Source: Candidatus Thorarchaeota archaeon
Lineage (GTDB): Archaea; Asgardarchaeota; Thorarchaeia; Thorarchaeales; Thorarchaeaceae
DNA: 52,334 bases
Assembly (NCBI GenBank): GCA_016839445.1
Contig: JAEOUG010000058.1
Span: 1 to 52,334, forward strand
Reading direction: 5' to 3'
Shown in pieces: positions 9,511 through 19,464 of the stretch. The position numbers and the translations under genes were made by a program. Below the pieces are notes generated by a model. It was not told where the DNA came from, did not search any database, and was given only the letters and a program-made list of their open reading frames with translations. Numbering within the stretch: position 1 is the first letter of the stretch; every line of letters starts with the position of its first letter.

Positions 9511-10071
9511 TTGACATTGTCTGAGATTCCAGATATCGTACACAAGACAAGAGCGCTTCTCGCACTAAGGGGCTTCAAGACAGAAGACCTTCTCGAATAT
9601 GAGGAACGCTACGTCATGCTTCCCTCTCGTGAAACCGACAAGGGCCTCGTGAGGTATGTTGTCTGGGTTCTCAAGGAAGAGAAGGTTGTTGGGGTCGCGA
9701 TCGTACGTGATCTTGCCAAGGAGATGGAGGAGCACGAAGCCACGAGAGGGATGCTCGTCGGTGGCTCCAGATTCACACCCGCAGCCACGAAGTTCGCTAA
9801 GGCCGCAAAGATTGAGCTAGTTGAGGGTCATTACTCCTCTTTTGACCTGTTTGAGCACGAACTTGTGCCGACCCACGTTATAGCTGAAGAGGCTGAGATA
9901 CAGCGCGTGCTTGAACACTACAAGATCAAGAAGACACAGCTACCTAGGATCTACAGCAGCGACCCAGCTGCAAGAGTACTTGGGGCGCGACCTGGCCAGG
10001 TTCTCAGAATACAGCGTGAGAGCCCAACAGCTGGATTGACCTACTACTACAGATTCGTGGTGGATGGCTAG
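9511..10071 (+). CDS. rpoH: RNA polymerase subunit Rpo5/RpoH with an N-terminal eukaryote-like Rpb5 jaw (REase-like) domain
   Basis: C-terminal HELVPTH...QLPRIYSSDPAARVLGARPGQVLRIQRESPTAG..YYYRFVV, plus a ~110-aa N-terminal extension. Confidence 0.92.
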   Translation: MTLSEIPDIVHKTRALLALRGFKTEDLLEYEERYVMLPSRETDKGLVRYVVWVLKEEKVVGVAIVRDLAKEMEEHEATRGMLVGGSRFTPAATKFAKAAKIELVEGHYSSFDLFEHELVPTHVIAEEAEIQRVLEHYKIKKTQLPRIYSSDPAARVLGARPGQVLRIQRESPTAGLTYYYRFVVDG

Positions 10072-10836
10072 TTAGAAGATCACTAACCCGAAGCTCATTC
10101 CTGCGACGAGCATGATTGCACAGGACGCAAACGGGAGCAGTATGTTGTCTGTTCCTTTTGGACTCACTAGTTCTACGAGAGTGGCGCTGAACGCTCCAAT
10201 TAGCGCCAGAAAGACAATGTCCGTCAACGCTACTCCAAGAAGGGGCTGTGGCGGGCTCAATAGACCGAACCACCAGAATGCAATCAGCGCTCCCAAGAAT
10301 CCAAACACAAACAGACCAATGCAGCCGTGCAGACTTCTCTTTGAACCAAAGATGTTGCGGCAATAGTTGGATCCATATTTCATTCCGATTGGTGCGCTCA
10401 TTCCGTCTCCAAGCATCATGATGTGAATAGCTGCTGCCGGGATGAAGTACAGATTGGCGTAGCCCGTGAAGGTGAAGAGGCCTGTCAGGATTGTGATTGA
10501 AACAGCATACCAGAACGGGCCTCTAACACTTCCGTGCTCGAGATCCTCCGGTCTCGCCATGGCTGCGAAGAAGCGCCCGAACCGTTCAGTGTTTGTCAGC
10601 CCCAGCATTATAACAAAGGTCAAAGCGACGAGTGTCGCCACCCAAGGATGCGCGTAGTAGGGCACGGTCCAGATTGCGGCTCCAGCAAAGAGATGAACTA
10701 TCTTCCTAGTGAAGTCGGAGCCGAAGTTCATCTTCCTTCTTCCAAGGTCTGCTACCGCAAGCACAATCACGGCGTATACCAAGGCTATGAAATAGACAAA
10801 GATGTCCCATAGATTGATGGAAAGGTCGACCTGCAT
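10072..10836 (-). CDS. Dolichol/phytol kinase-like (SEC59/DGK1/VTE5, CTP_transf_1) membrane enzyme
   Basis: FTRKIVHLFAG, GPFWYA, GDGMSAPIGMKYG, KRSLHG, ELVSPKGTDNILLP. Confidence 0.85.
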   Translation of the reverse strand: MQVDLSINLWDIFVYFIALVYAVIVLAVADLGRRKMNFGSDFTRKIVHLFAGAAIWTVPYYAHPWVATLVALTFVIMLGLTNTERFGRFFAAMARPEDLEHGSVRGPFWYAVSITILTGLFTFTGYANLYFIPAAAIHIMMLGDGMSAPIGMKYGSNYCRNIFGSKRSLHGCIGLFVFGFLGALIAFWWFGLLSPPQPLLGVALTDIVFLALIGAFSATLVELVSPKGTDNILLPFASCAIMLVAGMSFGLVIF

Positions 10837-10895
10837 TCCGGCTTCTCTCCGAGCAAAGGTCGAAATCAAACGACGGGATATATGTATCGGCAGAG

Positions 10896-11723
10896 TCAGT
10901 AGGCATCAACCAAGGATGCTTGAATACCCGTCACTTCCTCAAGCTTCCTTATGGCCTCCTCAACCTTCTCTCTGAGATGCTGAGCGTTGTTTCCTCGCGC
11001 CGATATCCACACACGGAGGGTCCATGCGGTTCCATAGGTCTTCGGCATTGACTTGATGTAGACCTCTGGGCATTCTCTCATCACAGTGTCAATGGCAGGC
11101 GCAAAGGTTGACTCGTCGTTTGTGCCGAATTCCACAACGGTCTCGTAGTACTTCTGGCTTATTCGCTCTTTCAACCAAGGAAGAACGGACTCCTCGAAGA
11201 TGAACATCAATTCACTCGGGACGCCGGGGAGGCAAAAGACAGTCGTCCCTTCCAGGTCGATTCTAACACCAGGAGCACCTCCCACTGAGTTATTCAGGGC
11301 AGTACTACCTTCCGGCAAGACTGCCATCTTCCTGCGGCTCTCAGTTATCTCAGGAGTCGACACAATCCCCTTTGCGTGAAGGGCCTTGTACTGCTTCTCA
11401 ACAATCTCCATGGCTTCTTCATCTAGACGTAGCTCTTTTCCGAGAGCCAGAGCCACGGCCTTGAGTGTCATGTCATCATGTGTTGGACCTAGTCCCCCCG
11501 TTGTGATGACGACATCACAGTTGTCGCAGGCGAACCGCAATGCCTTCCCAATCTCTTCCAGATCATCCCTCACAGACACAAGCATCCTCATCTCCAGACC
11601 CAGAGCAGTCAGCCTGATCTCCATCCAATTGGAGTTCGTGTCCAAGACGATTCCATCTAGCACCTCGTTCCCTATCACTACAAAGCCTGCGCTCTTCGGC
11701 GAATGAATGTCACTCTTTGGCAT
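10896..11723 (-). CDS. CinA N-terminal-like molybdopterin-binding domain protein (COG1058)
   Basis: IGNEVLDGIVLDTNS, TTGGLGPTHDDMT, LPGVPSEL. Confidence 0.9.
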   Translation of the reverse strand: MPKSDIHSPKSAGFVVIGNEVLDGIVLDTNSNWMEIRLTALGLEMRMLVSVRDDLEEIGKALRFACDNCDVVITTGGLGPTHDDMTLKAVALALGKELRLDEEAMEIVEKQYKALHAKGIVSTPEITESRRKMAVLPEGSTALNNSVGGAPGVRIDLEGTTVFCLPGVPSELMFIFEESVLPWLKERISQKYYETVVEFGTNDESTFAPAIDTVMRECPEVYIKSMPKTYGTAWTLRVWISARGNNAQHLREKVEEAIRKLEEVTGIQASLVDAY

Positions 11724-11725
11724 TT

Positions 11726-12379
11726 CTAGACACCTGCTCCTCCAATCTCTGTGTTGAGTGCTTCCGCAATGTGCCGAAGCGTGTCAAGCCGTGAAGCCGC
11801 CATCTTCTTCGCTCTCTCGGTAACCATGGACGCGGCGATGCGTTCTGCGAGCGGCAGGAAGGTGGCCATGTCCTCTGAGAGTGAGCGCAATGTCTTGCCC
11901 GGAGTAATCACAACTGTGTTCAATATGTAGTGAATGAAGCCCGTCATACCGAGCTTGACCAGCTTGTCAGCTTCCCAGACAATCTGTGCTTCGATAGGTT
12001 CAAGCTTCTTGTCGAGTGTCAGTCCCGCATGTCGTCGCACTACATCACAGATCCTTTCGACTTGCTCGCTATCTACTTCCATCTCTGACAAGATTGTGAA
12101 GGCAAGTTCTGCGCTTGCTTCTGCATGTTTCTTGACCCCGCCAATTCCAGGTTTGGCCGCGTCATGAAGCCAAGCTGCTGCCTCCACTGTGGCAGGTTCT
12201 GCCGCTGTCCCCTCCGTGAGTGCTGCAGCCACCTTCACAACTTCCTTCACGTGGTCATAGCGATAGTTGTAGATTGGCGGGCCTCTCGTTGAGACCGCCT
12301 TCGTCCAGTCTTCAGTGGCTGCTTTCTCTGTGGTTGACTTGACGAACTGCCGAATCTCGGCGAGCATTCTTTCATCCAT
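11726..12379 (-). CDS. HD-domain phosphohydrolase
   Basis: YDHVKEV...AAWLHDAAK...HAEASA...RH...WEADKL. Confidence 0.88.
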   Translation of the reverse strand: MDERMLAEIRQFVKSTTEKAATEDWTKAVSTRGPPIYNYRYDHVKEVVKVAAALTEGTAAEPATVEAAAWLHDAAKPGIGGVKKHAEASAELAFTILSEMEVDSEQVERICDVVRRHAGLTLDKKLEPIEAQIVWEADKLVKLGMTGFIHYILNTVVITPGKTLRSLSEDMATFLPLAERIAASMVTERAKKMAASRLDTLRHIAEALNTEIGGAGV

Positions 12380-12424
12380 GAGCGTTACCTCCGAAACGAG
12401 GATTGGAGCAACTTATCAATCATA

Positions 12425-13189
12425 TCACCCTTGACGCAATCTGCTGTACAGCCTCATCGTGTTCTCGAGCACAATCTCTCTGAGTTCCTCCGGATTGCGA
12501 CCTAGGATAGTTGCAGTCTCTTCGAGCGCGACGTTGACGTTCGAGGGCGTATTACGCTTGCTCTTCTCTGGACCGAGTACGGGACTATCAGTTTCAATGA
12601 GCAGGTGCTCGATATGGATTGCCTTAGCTAGCTTCTTCTTCTGCTGCGAGCGGACAATCGACGTGGGGATGGAGAAGTAGTAATCGTGGTCCTCTGAGGC
12701 CGTTCTCGCAAGACTCGCCTTACCATCAAACGCGTGAAGATGTACCGCCTTTGCGTCACAATCATAGAGGACCTGCAGTGCACGTCTTCCCGCCGAGCGA
12801 GAGTGGACCTGCAGGGGTAAGTCGACTTGAGCTGCGAGGCCGATGAATCTTCTGAAGGATTCCTCTTGGAGCTCCCGAGCTGCGTGGTCTCGTAGGTAAT
12901 AGTGGTCCAATCCTACCTCGCCCACCGCAACGAGCTTCTCCGAGTTCATATGGATCCAAGAGAGAGCAGACTCCGTCTCTTGGTAGAGCATTGGATCAAG
13001 TCCAACCGAGGCATGGACGTTTGGGAACTCTGCGGCGAGGTCGAGGCACTCCTGCCATTCAGAAGGCGTGATGGCTGAACAGATCATTTCTACCCCACTA
13101 CTGGTGGCCGCTGTGATGACTTCGAGTCTGTCTGATTGAAACTCCGTGCTTGTGAGATGACAGTGTGTATCGATGTACAATGTCTTCAC
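12425..13189 (-). CDS. tatD: TatD family nuclease
   Basis: DTHCHL, AVGEVGLD, VHSR, HAF, LIETDSP. Confidence 0.92.
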   Translation of the reverse strand: MKTLYIDTHCHLTSTEFQSDRLEVITAATSSGVEMICSAITPSEWQECLDLAAEFPNVHASVGLDPMLYQETESALSWIHMNSEKLVAVGEVGLDHYYLRDHAARELQEESFRRFIGLAAQVDLPLQVHSRSAGRRALQVLYDCDAKAVHLHAFDGKASLARTASEDHDYYFSIPTSIVRSQQKKKLAKAIHIEHLLIETDSPVLGPEKSKRNTPSNVNVALEETATILGRNPEELREIVLENTMRLYSRLRQG

Positions 13190-13200
13190 GTCATTCTCAC

Positions 13201-14061
13201 CTAGATCTCGCTAGTGTCGATTCCAGTCTTTTCGAGGGTTCCGAAGAACTCCTCCTTTGTGCCCGGGTCTGAGAATGCGAGAAACCATGGAACTCTTGGA
13301 AACCCTCTGTCGAACTCAACCTCTGCGCCTGTTATGGTTGAGCAGACTCCTCCCCTCTCCTCTAGGATTACCTGGGGTATCCCGAAGTCGTGGGGACTGG
13401 CCATCTTGTACAAGAGAACTCTCGCCCGTCCTTCCGCAACTGCAATCATGCTGTGATGGGCGCTCATGATATCAAGAGGCTCAAGGCCCATTCGCTCCAC
13501 AACAGGCAGAAGGGGCTCGGCACGTTTCTGTACGAAGTGCGGACCGGCGTTTTGCGGTAGAACAAGTGGGTTACCCAGTCCATCTTCTACTGACACACCA
13601 TGACCACGTTTCGCAGAATACAGTCGGTCGAGGGCGGGGAAGTAGACTGCGCTCGAGATGAATCGCCTTTCACTAGAGAACGCCGCGCCGATTGCGAAGT
13701 CATCTCTATCCCGTGTGTATGCAAGCGTACCATCCAAGGGGTCAAGATGGAAGCACAGAGCATCCTTCTCATCAGAGAACAGGCGGACCCTGGGCGTGTT
13801 CTCCTCCGCATTGACGGAAACTTCTGGGAAGCTTAGGTGGAGTATCTCAAGGCACACTTCCTGCACCAAGTCGTCAACGACTGTATGGGCCGTTGAACTC
13901 TCCCTCACCTGATCCGGCGGGAGGTCTGATGCCTTTGGTTGATTCTGGACCTTTCCTCTGTGGGAATTCAGAATCATTCCGCCTGTCAGTACTATTGTCT
14001 TGAGGACGTCGAGGTCTCTGGAATCTTGGTCCATGAATAGCATCTCCGGCTCAACTGGCAT
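13201..14061 (-). CDS. Inositol monophosphatase / CysQ-like phosphatase family
   Basis: TVVDDLVQE, NAEE, LDPLDGT, PHDFG...LEERGG. Confidence 0.82.
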   Translation of the reverse strand: MPVEPEMLFMDQDSRDLDVLKTIVLTGGMILNSHRGKVQNQPKASDLPPDQVRESSTAHTVVDDLVQEVCLEILHLSFPEVSVNAEENTPRVRLFSDEKDALCFHLDPLDGTLAYTRDRDDFAIGAAFSSERRFISSAVYFPALDRLYSAKRGHGVSVEDGLGNPLVLPQNAGPHFVQKRAEPLLPVVERMGLEPLDIMSAHHSMIAVAEGRARVLLYKMASPHDFGIPQVILEERGGVCSTITGAEVEFDRGFPRVPWFLAFSDPGTKEEFFGTLEKTGIDTSEI

Positions 14062-14190
14062 GACATCGCCAAAATGATGTTATCGGTTTGAGCTTGGCAC
14101 ACCCCGAAAGCCTTAATTGTGGACCAACGAAGGCGCGCCAATACTCCGATATGCTGACTTGCCTAATCGACTGGGGGCTGTGCTCGTCTA

Positions 14191-14952
14191 TTGATTGAGA
14201 TTCTCGTTGTGCTGATTGTGTTGGCATTCATTACGGAGTACTTCACTGCCACACTAGGAATGGGTTACGGCACAATGCTAGCACCCGTTCTCTTGATGAT
14301 TGGCTATGAGCCCGCAGTACTTGTCCCAGTTGTCTTGGTCAGCCAATTCCTTGCGGGACTCGTGTCTGGCAGCTTCCACCATCGGTTCCGCAATATGGAT
14401 CTAATAAACGAGCCTCACGAACGCGCTGCATTCGAGATTTTCTCACTCACGGGCGTGGTGGGTGTTCTGATTGCTGTACTCACTAGCATTGCTCTTCCCG
14501 TCTGGTTCGTCGAACTCTACATCGCCTCTGTGGTTGTACTGATGGGCGCTGTCATCTTGGCGAATGGAAGGACCAGCGAAGCCTTCTCGAATCGGAAACT
14601 CGGCGTCCTAGGTCTCTTCGGCGCCTTCAACAAGGGTATCTCCGGCGGCGGATACGGTCCTATCGTAACAGGCGGGCAGATTATCAGCGGTATCAAACCG
14701 CGCGCGGCAATCGCGATAACCTCCATTGTCGAGGCTGTCATGTGTGCGGTTGGATTCGTCGTGTATCTGATGATTTCTCAGTCCATTGATTTACTTCTGA
14801 CCCTGGGAATCATCATAGGCGCAGTGTTGGCCGCTCCCTTTTCAGCACTCACTACGGCAAAGGTGTCGCAGGAGCGGCTCAAGAAGGCGATCGCAGTCGC
14901 CACAATCGCGCTGGGCATTGTCACTGCTCTGTGGGTTCTCACTGCTGCATAG
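14191..14952 (+). CDS. TauE/SafE (TSUP) sulfite/organosulfur exporter family
   Basis: LGMGYGTMLAPVLL and KGISGGGYGP repeats; about 8 TMs. Confidence 0.85.
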   Translation: MIEILVVLIVLAFITEYFTATLGMGYGTMLAPVLLMIGYEPAVLVPVVLVSQFLAGLVSGSFHHRFRNMDLINEPHERAAFEIFSLTGVVGVLIAVLTSIALPVWFVELYIASVVVLMGAVILANGRTSEAFSNRKLGVLGLFGAFNKGISGGGYGPIVTGGQIISGIKPRAAIAITSIVEAVMCAVGFVVYLMISQSIDLLLTLGIIIGAVLAAPFSALTTAKVSQERLKKAIAVATIALGIVTALWVLTAA

Positions 14953-14969
14953 GCATGTGGTGTGCAGGA

Positions 14970-15482
14970 CTACGTCTCTTCTTCTTTTGAGTCAGTTACA
15001 AAGGGGTGGTTTCTGAAGTAGTCCTTCCTCAGCTCGATAGCTTCCTCAATATCCTGGCGTCGCTCTGGTCGCATTCGCTGGATTTGCGAGTAGTACTCCT
15101 TAGTTTCTTCGATCTCTTTAGTGTCTAATCCGTGTTGCAGAGATAATTGCTCCAGCGCATCTAGCATTGTTGAGTAGATTGGAAACCAGAAAATGTGGTC
15201 CTTTGGGCTTGGCACATACATGTAGGGATTCCGTTCCTGAGTCACCTCTTGGGAGGCGGCCCACATCACTAGCACTCTGTCGTAGATGTACCCCATGATG
15301 AGGAAGACGAACAGGATCAGACCCGCGAATGCAAGAGGCCCGAGTGCACCCATGTTGAAGAAGAAGGGAACATACCCCACATAGAGACCTGCGAGAACCA
15401 TGACACCATAGAAGAGACCCCAGATTCCTCTAATCTGCAAGATTCTCCATTGCTGTTTCATAAGCCACTTTCTTATTCTCAA
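14970..15482 (-). CDS. Hypothetical membrane protein (one copy of the KWxMKQxWR...YD..W...ERNPY domain)
   Basis: Two TMs; clear paralogy to both halves of 15479..16534. Confidence 0.75.
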   Translation of the reverse strand: MRIRKWLMKQQWRILQIRGIWGLFYGVMVLAGLYVGYVPFFFNMGALGPLAFAGLILFVFLIMGYIYDRVLVMWAASQEVTQERNPYMYVPSPKDHIFWFPIYSTMLDALEQLSLQHGLDTKEIEETKEYYSQIQRMRPERRQDIEEAIELRKDYFRNHPFVTDSKEEET

Positions 15483-16534
15483 TTCAATCGTGCCTCCTCA
15501 GTTGTTACTCTGAACGTATCTCCGAACTCACGGCGCAACTCTCTTGCTCTCTTCATGTCCCCATCCTGAGCGACATCGAGACTGAAGTACTCCTGGAGGA
15601 ATTCCATAATCTTGTCAACCTTCGACGTGTCTAGCCCATCCCTTTCGAGCAGTTGCCTCAAGATGGTGAACATGGTGTAGTAGAATGGCATGAAGAGCGT
15701 ATACAGACTTGGCTCGGCTAGGTAGCTGTACGGGTTCCGCTCGATTCTGACAGTGGTGTCGACAGACCAGATGTACAGCTTTCTGTCGTAGAACCATCCA
15801 ACCGCTGTTATCATGAAGAGAATCGGGATAGTCACGATGAAGATGCCAAGGATGAGATATGCTACTGGCACCATCCCGTCCGTGACTACATCTGGGAACA
15901 GGAACACTACATAGACTCCAGCAATGACCAGAGAGTCCTGCGCCATTCCTGTGAGTTCCTGCACCCAGTTAAGCCGCAGGGTCTGGGTCTCGAATCCGAG
16001 CATGGCTCTTGATCGAAGGCCGACCTTTCCGCTCTCAGGGTCCCCGGTAGGATTGAACGGATGGTTTCTCATGTATTCCTCCCCAAGACTCTGCGCTGCG
16101 TTGATGTCATCCTTCTCAGGTCTGAATGTGTAGTTCTTGGCTAGGTACTTCTCCAGCTCTCCTAGCGACTTGTCGTCTATTCCAAGCTTCCTGAACAGAC
16201 TGTGGAAACTAGAGATGGCAATGTAGAGAACTGGGTATTCGAGAGCGTACGCCTTGTAGTTGGGAACGCATCTATACGGGTTCCTGTCAATATTCACCTG
16301 GAGCTTTGCTCTCCACATCCTTGCCTTCTCATCGTACAGCCAACCGATACCCATGAAGATGAGAATCAGTACACCGCCGAGAAGTACGGCGCCGAGGAAG
16401 CCCAGGTCCGCCAGAATGGGGATTTCCTCGTAGTAGACCCTGCCAAGTGCGAGCATTCCCATCCCGAGACTCATCCATGCTCGAATGGTGCCCATCCGCC
16501 AGTACTGCTTCATAATCCACTTGGCTATGCTCAA
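15479..16534 (-). CDS. Hypothetical membrane protein with two tandem copies of the same domain
   Basis: GWLYDEKARMW...DRNPY and GWFYDRKLYIW...ERNPY repeats; 4-bp overlap with the downstream paralog. Confidence 0.75.
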   Translation of the reverse strand: MSIAKWIMKQYWRMGTIRAWMSLGMGMLALGRVYYEEIPILADLGFLGAVLLGGVLILIFMGIGWLYDEKARMWRAKLQVNIDRNPYRCVPNYKAYALEYPVLYIAISSFHSLFRKLGIDDKSLGELEKYLAKNYTFRPEKDDINAAQSLGEEYMRNHPFNPTGDPESGKVGLRSRAMLGFETQTLRLNWVQELTGMAQDSLVIAGVYVVFLFPDVVTDGMVPVAYLILGIFIVTIPILFMITAVGWFYDRKLYIWSVDTTVRIERNPYSYLAEPSLYTLFMPFYYTMFTILRQLLERDGLDTSKVDKIMEFLQEYFSLDVAQDGDMKRARELRREFGDTFRVTTEEARLN

Positions 16535-16641
16535 ACTCGTTTCGCTCCGGGCGTCTGCCTCACCGATTGCTGACGTTGTTTTAAACTCTGTGCACTGTCA
16601 AGACACTATCGTTGGTTTGAGAGATGTACGCCCACTATTTC

Positions 16642-17619
16642 CTAGTGATAGTAGGGTATCATCCTGTTCAAGATGTAGCCCTTGGGCCTCTCCCCAGAAA
16701 CGGGCCAGAGGAACTCCCTATCGGGCTTCATTGGCTTGTACTTGAACTCCTTGAGGATGAACGGGAAGAGCCTATTGACAAGATGCACTTCAAGATGTGT
16801 GATTTCCTTCTTCCAGAGGTGCAGATTCTTCGCAGATATGCCTGAGAACTTCAGTCCCCTGCTGCTATTGCCTTCCCATGCCTCTCCCATTGTCGTGGGC
16901 TGGAGTACGGATTCGTCAAATGGAATCTCAACCACCTTGCACATCCTCCGGACTGTTTCTTCTGGTTTGGTTAACAGGTCTTCGTACCGGATTACGAGGT
17001 AGTCTTCGCCCAGAATCTCTCTGTTGTGATGTAGCCTGTAGTAGCTATTCTCCAATGACCTGAGCGCATTGCCAAGGAACGGGTAGGGGCGCCCATCTAT
17101 CCTCATGTATCTCCTGATGGAGACCAGGTTGGAATAGGGGTTTCTGAGAACATGGAGGAACTTCGCGTCTGGAAACATCGACTTGAGATGCAGAGCGAAC
17201 TCAGTGTGCTCCACGGACTTCTCCACGAACCGCAGGTTGCCTGGCATGTCTTCTCTGGTCAGTGCCGAATACGATGCCTCAACGTAGTGAAGCAGTAACT
17301 CGCGCATCGATTCAGCGGGCTCTGCCATCACGTTTCTGAACCGATCAATGTCAAGTTTGCCGCGCAGGTCAGAGTCACCCATTCTCCCTCCCATTGTGTT
17401 CACTCGATGTGCATAGTCAGTGTATGCGTCCCTGATTTCTTGCAGGTCGAGTCGAGGAGGTCTCGCCTTGCGAAGCCTGTAGTCCACCCACTCACTTGCG
17501 TACTGGAAGATGTGCATCTCAAATGGAACAACGTAAAGGCCCGGACTTCCATCCAGAAGGTTCCTGACCAGACTCGTTCCTGATTTGTGCGGGCCAAGAA
17601 TGAAGATTGGAGCTTTCAT
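16642..17619 (-). CDS. Sulfotransferase (Sulfotransfer_3-like)
   Basis: 5'-PSB loop ILGPHKSGTSLV, EKS, 3'-PB motif RNPYSNLVS, RYEDL. Confidence 0.9.
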   Translation of the reverse strand: MKAPIFILGPHKSGTSLVRNLLDGSPGLYVVPFEMHIFQYASEWVDYRLRKARPPRLDLQEIRDAYTDYAHRVNTMGGRMGDSDLRGKLDIDRFRNVMAEPAESMRELLLHYVEASYSALTREDMPGNLRFVEKSVEHTEFALHLKSMFPDAKFLHVLRNPYSNLVSIRRYMRIDGRPYPFLGNALRSLENSYYRLHHNREILGEDYLVIRYEDLLTKPEETVRRMCKVVEIPFDESVLQPTTMGEAWEGNSSRGLKFSGISAKNLHLWKKEITHLEVHLVNRLFPFILKEFKYKPMKPDREFLWPVSGERPKGYILNRMIPYYH

Positions 17620-17700
17620 GATGTCATTGCCACCACGGAGGAATGACTACGCGTGTGGCTCAATTGATGGGTGCTATAAAGCCTTCTGACACATGTGGTC

Positions 17701-18513
17701 CTATTCCACAGATGGCGGCTCATACCCGTATTTGTGGATGATGAACTCCTCCGCCCTCCGTACAAGATCGATGGTGTCTGAGTCGTAGTAGTGGCTTACG
17801 CTATGCCGCTCTGATCTGTTCACCTTCTTCCTCGAGCCCTCTCTGATTGTGCTCTTCATCTCATCGGTCAGTTCGTGACCCGACTTCTCCATTGCCTCGA
17901 TGAGGTCCTCTTCGAGAGACTCAACTCTCACCAAGAGGTCGATAAGGCAGTGCTCTTCATCGTACTCCTGCAGTTTCTGCAGACTATGAATGCCGGTGAA
18001 CACGTCGTCATCGAAGAAGTCTTTCAGGAACAACTTGCAGTAACGATACGTCATGAACCCAGCGAATCCACTTGTCGCTGACTCATGATACCGCTCTCCA
18101 AGGTCTCTGTGATGTCTTGGGTCCATCACCATTCGGAGCCATTTCCGAAACTTGGAGGCATCCATAGAGTCCCCATACACAGAGCTCCATTCTCCAACGG
18201 GCTTTCTGAGCTCGTGCATGCCGTGGCTAATCGCTCCTTTCCCTATTCTCCTCAGTCCTAGCCCGGTCGACTTCTTCGTGAGTCTGTCATAGAGCCCTCC
18301 CTTATCGTTGCTCCCGTACGCCCAGAGCGATACATACCAGTCCCAAGGGTTCCTGATGCTACCCATAATCATCTTCTCTGAGGAGTAATCGGTGAGCCAG
18401 CTGTGTTTTGGCTTCACCTGTCTTCCTCCCACCGTCTTGTCAAGGAGTTGAGCTATGTGTGTGCAAGCTGACTTCTGAAGTTGAAGGAAGATTATCCTGT
18501 CCGTTTCAAACAC
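17701..18513 (-). CDS. Sulfotransferase-like protein (Sulfotransfer_2 type)
   Basis: IFLQLQKSACTHI, SIRNPWDWYVSLW, RVESLEEDL, VNRS...HYYD...YGY. Confidence 0.75.
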   Translation of the reverse strand: MFETDRIIFLQLQKSACTHIAQLLDKTVGGRQVKPKHSWLTDYSSEKMIMGSIRNPWDWYVSLWAYGSNDKGGLYDRLTKKSTGLGLRRIGKGAISHGMHELRKPVGEWSSVYGDSMDASKFRKWLRMVMDPRHHRDLGERYHESATSGFAGFMTYRYCKLFLKDFFDDDVFTGIHSLQKLQEYDEEHCLIDLLVRVESLEEDLIEAMEKSGHELTDEMKSTIREGSRKKVNRSERHSVSHYYDSDTIDLVRRAEEFIIHKYGYEPPSVE

Positions 18514-18525
18514 GCATATCCACCT

Positions 18526-19464
18526 TCAGGCATCATCTTTCTCGAAGAGCTTCAGCATCTTCTCCCCCGTTCTCTCAGCGGTATAGCCGTCGAGGATCGT
18601 CTGTCGAAGGTCCTTCTTCAACTGCATCTTCTCCTCGGCGTTCTTCTGTTTGAACTCCTCAATGAGGTCGATGAGTTCGGAATCGTACCTGTAAGTGAGT
18701 TCCTCGGGGACAAACTCAAGGATGCAGGGGATTCTATGTACGAACGGAATGAGCCCCGACAGCATTGCCTCGGCGATGGCAACTCCGAATGATTCATCGA
18801 GCGCATGATGGATGTAGTATTCCATCTCCCATTGCCACTCGGGGAAGGAAACGTTGGGTTCCAGTACATGGCTCAACCCGTACTCCTTCGCCCTCTCCAC
18901 GATTATTCGCTCCTCGGCGGAGTAGCCTCCTATGTGAAGCTGGTAGTCGCGAAGAGCGAGCATGAGGGAGTAGATCCGCTTTCTGGGAGTTGGGAGTGAC
19001 CACGTGCATATCTTGCCAGAACTACTCGGATGGAACGGCCACTTCTCAGCGTTGACCCCCGGCGGAATGACTTCTATGGGTACAGACTTAGGCACGAACT
19101 CCCTGAGTAGCTCCCCGTAGTGCGTGGAGACCGCGATGACTGCCTTCACATTATCCCAGTCCACGCCTTTGAAAATCGGCGGATGATCCAGCTCCGTTCT
19201 GTGAATCCTCATGTAGATTGGCTTCGTGGAGTTGTGACTGACCTTGTGTCCCAACTCGTCGAGGAAATCTACAAAGACGACATCGGCCCATTTGGAGAGG
19301 GACCGTATCTTCCTCCCTATTGTTGCGAACCATCTTCCCTTGCTGACCATGGACCCGAAGTTGAACGAGCTACTCCGCGGTGGAGACACGATTCGAGTGT
19401 CAAAAGGCTCTGTCCACTTCAGGAACGTTGTGTTCCCAGTGAATACTGCAAGTTTCTTCGTCAT
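18526..19464 (-). CDS. Glycosyltransferase family 4
   Basis: VIAVS...VIPPGV...ESFGVAIAEAMLSG. ATG 19464 chosen because the longer ORF overlaps the opposite-strand gene. Confidence 0.85.
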   Translation of the reverse strand: MTKKLAVFTGNTTFLKWTEPFDTRIVSPPRSSSFNFGSMVSKGRWFATIGRKIRSLSKWADVVFVDFLDELGHKVSHNSTKPIYMRIHRTELDHPPIFKGVDWDNVKAVIAVSTHYGELLREFVPKSVPIEVIPPGVNAEKWPFHPSSSGKICTWSLPTPRKRIYSLMLALRDYQLHIGGYSAEERIIVERAKEYGLSHVLEPNVSFPEWQWEMEYYIHHALDESFGVAIAEAMLSGLIPFVHRIPCILEFVPEELTYRYDSELIDLIEEFKQKNAEEKMQLKKDLRQTILDGYTAERTGEKMLKLFEKDDA

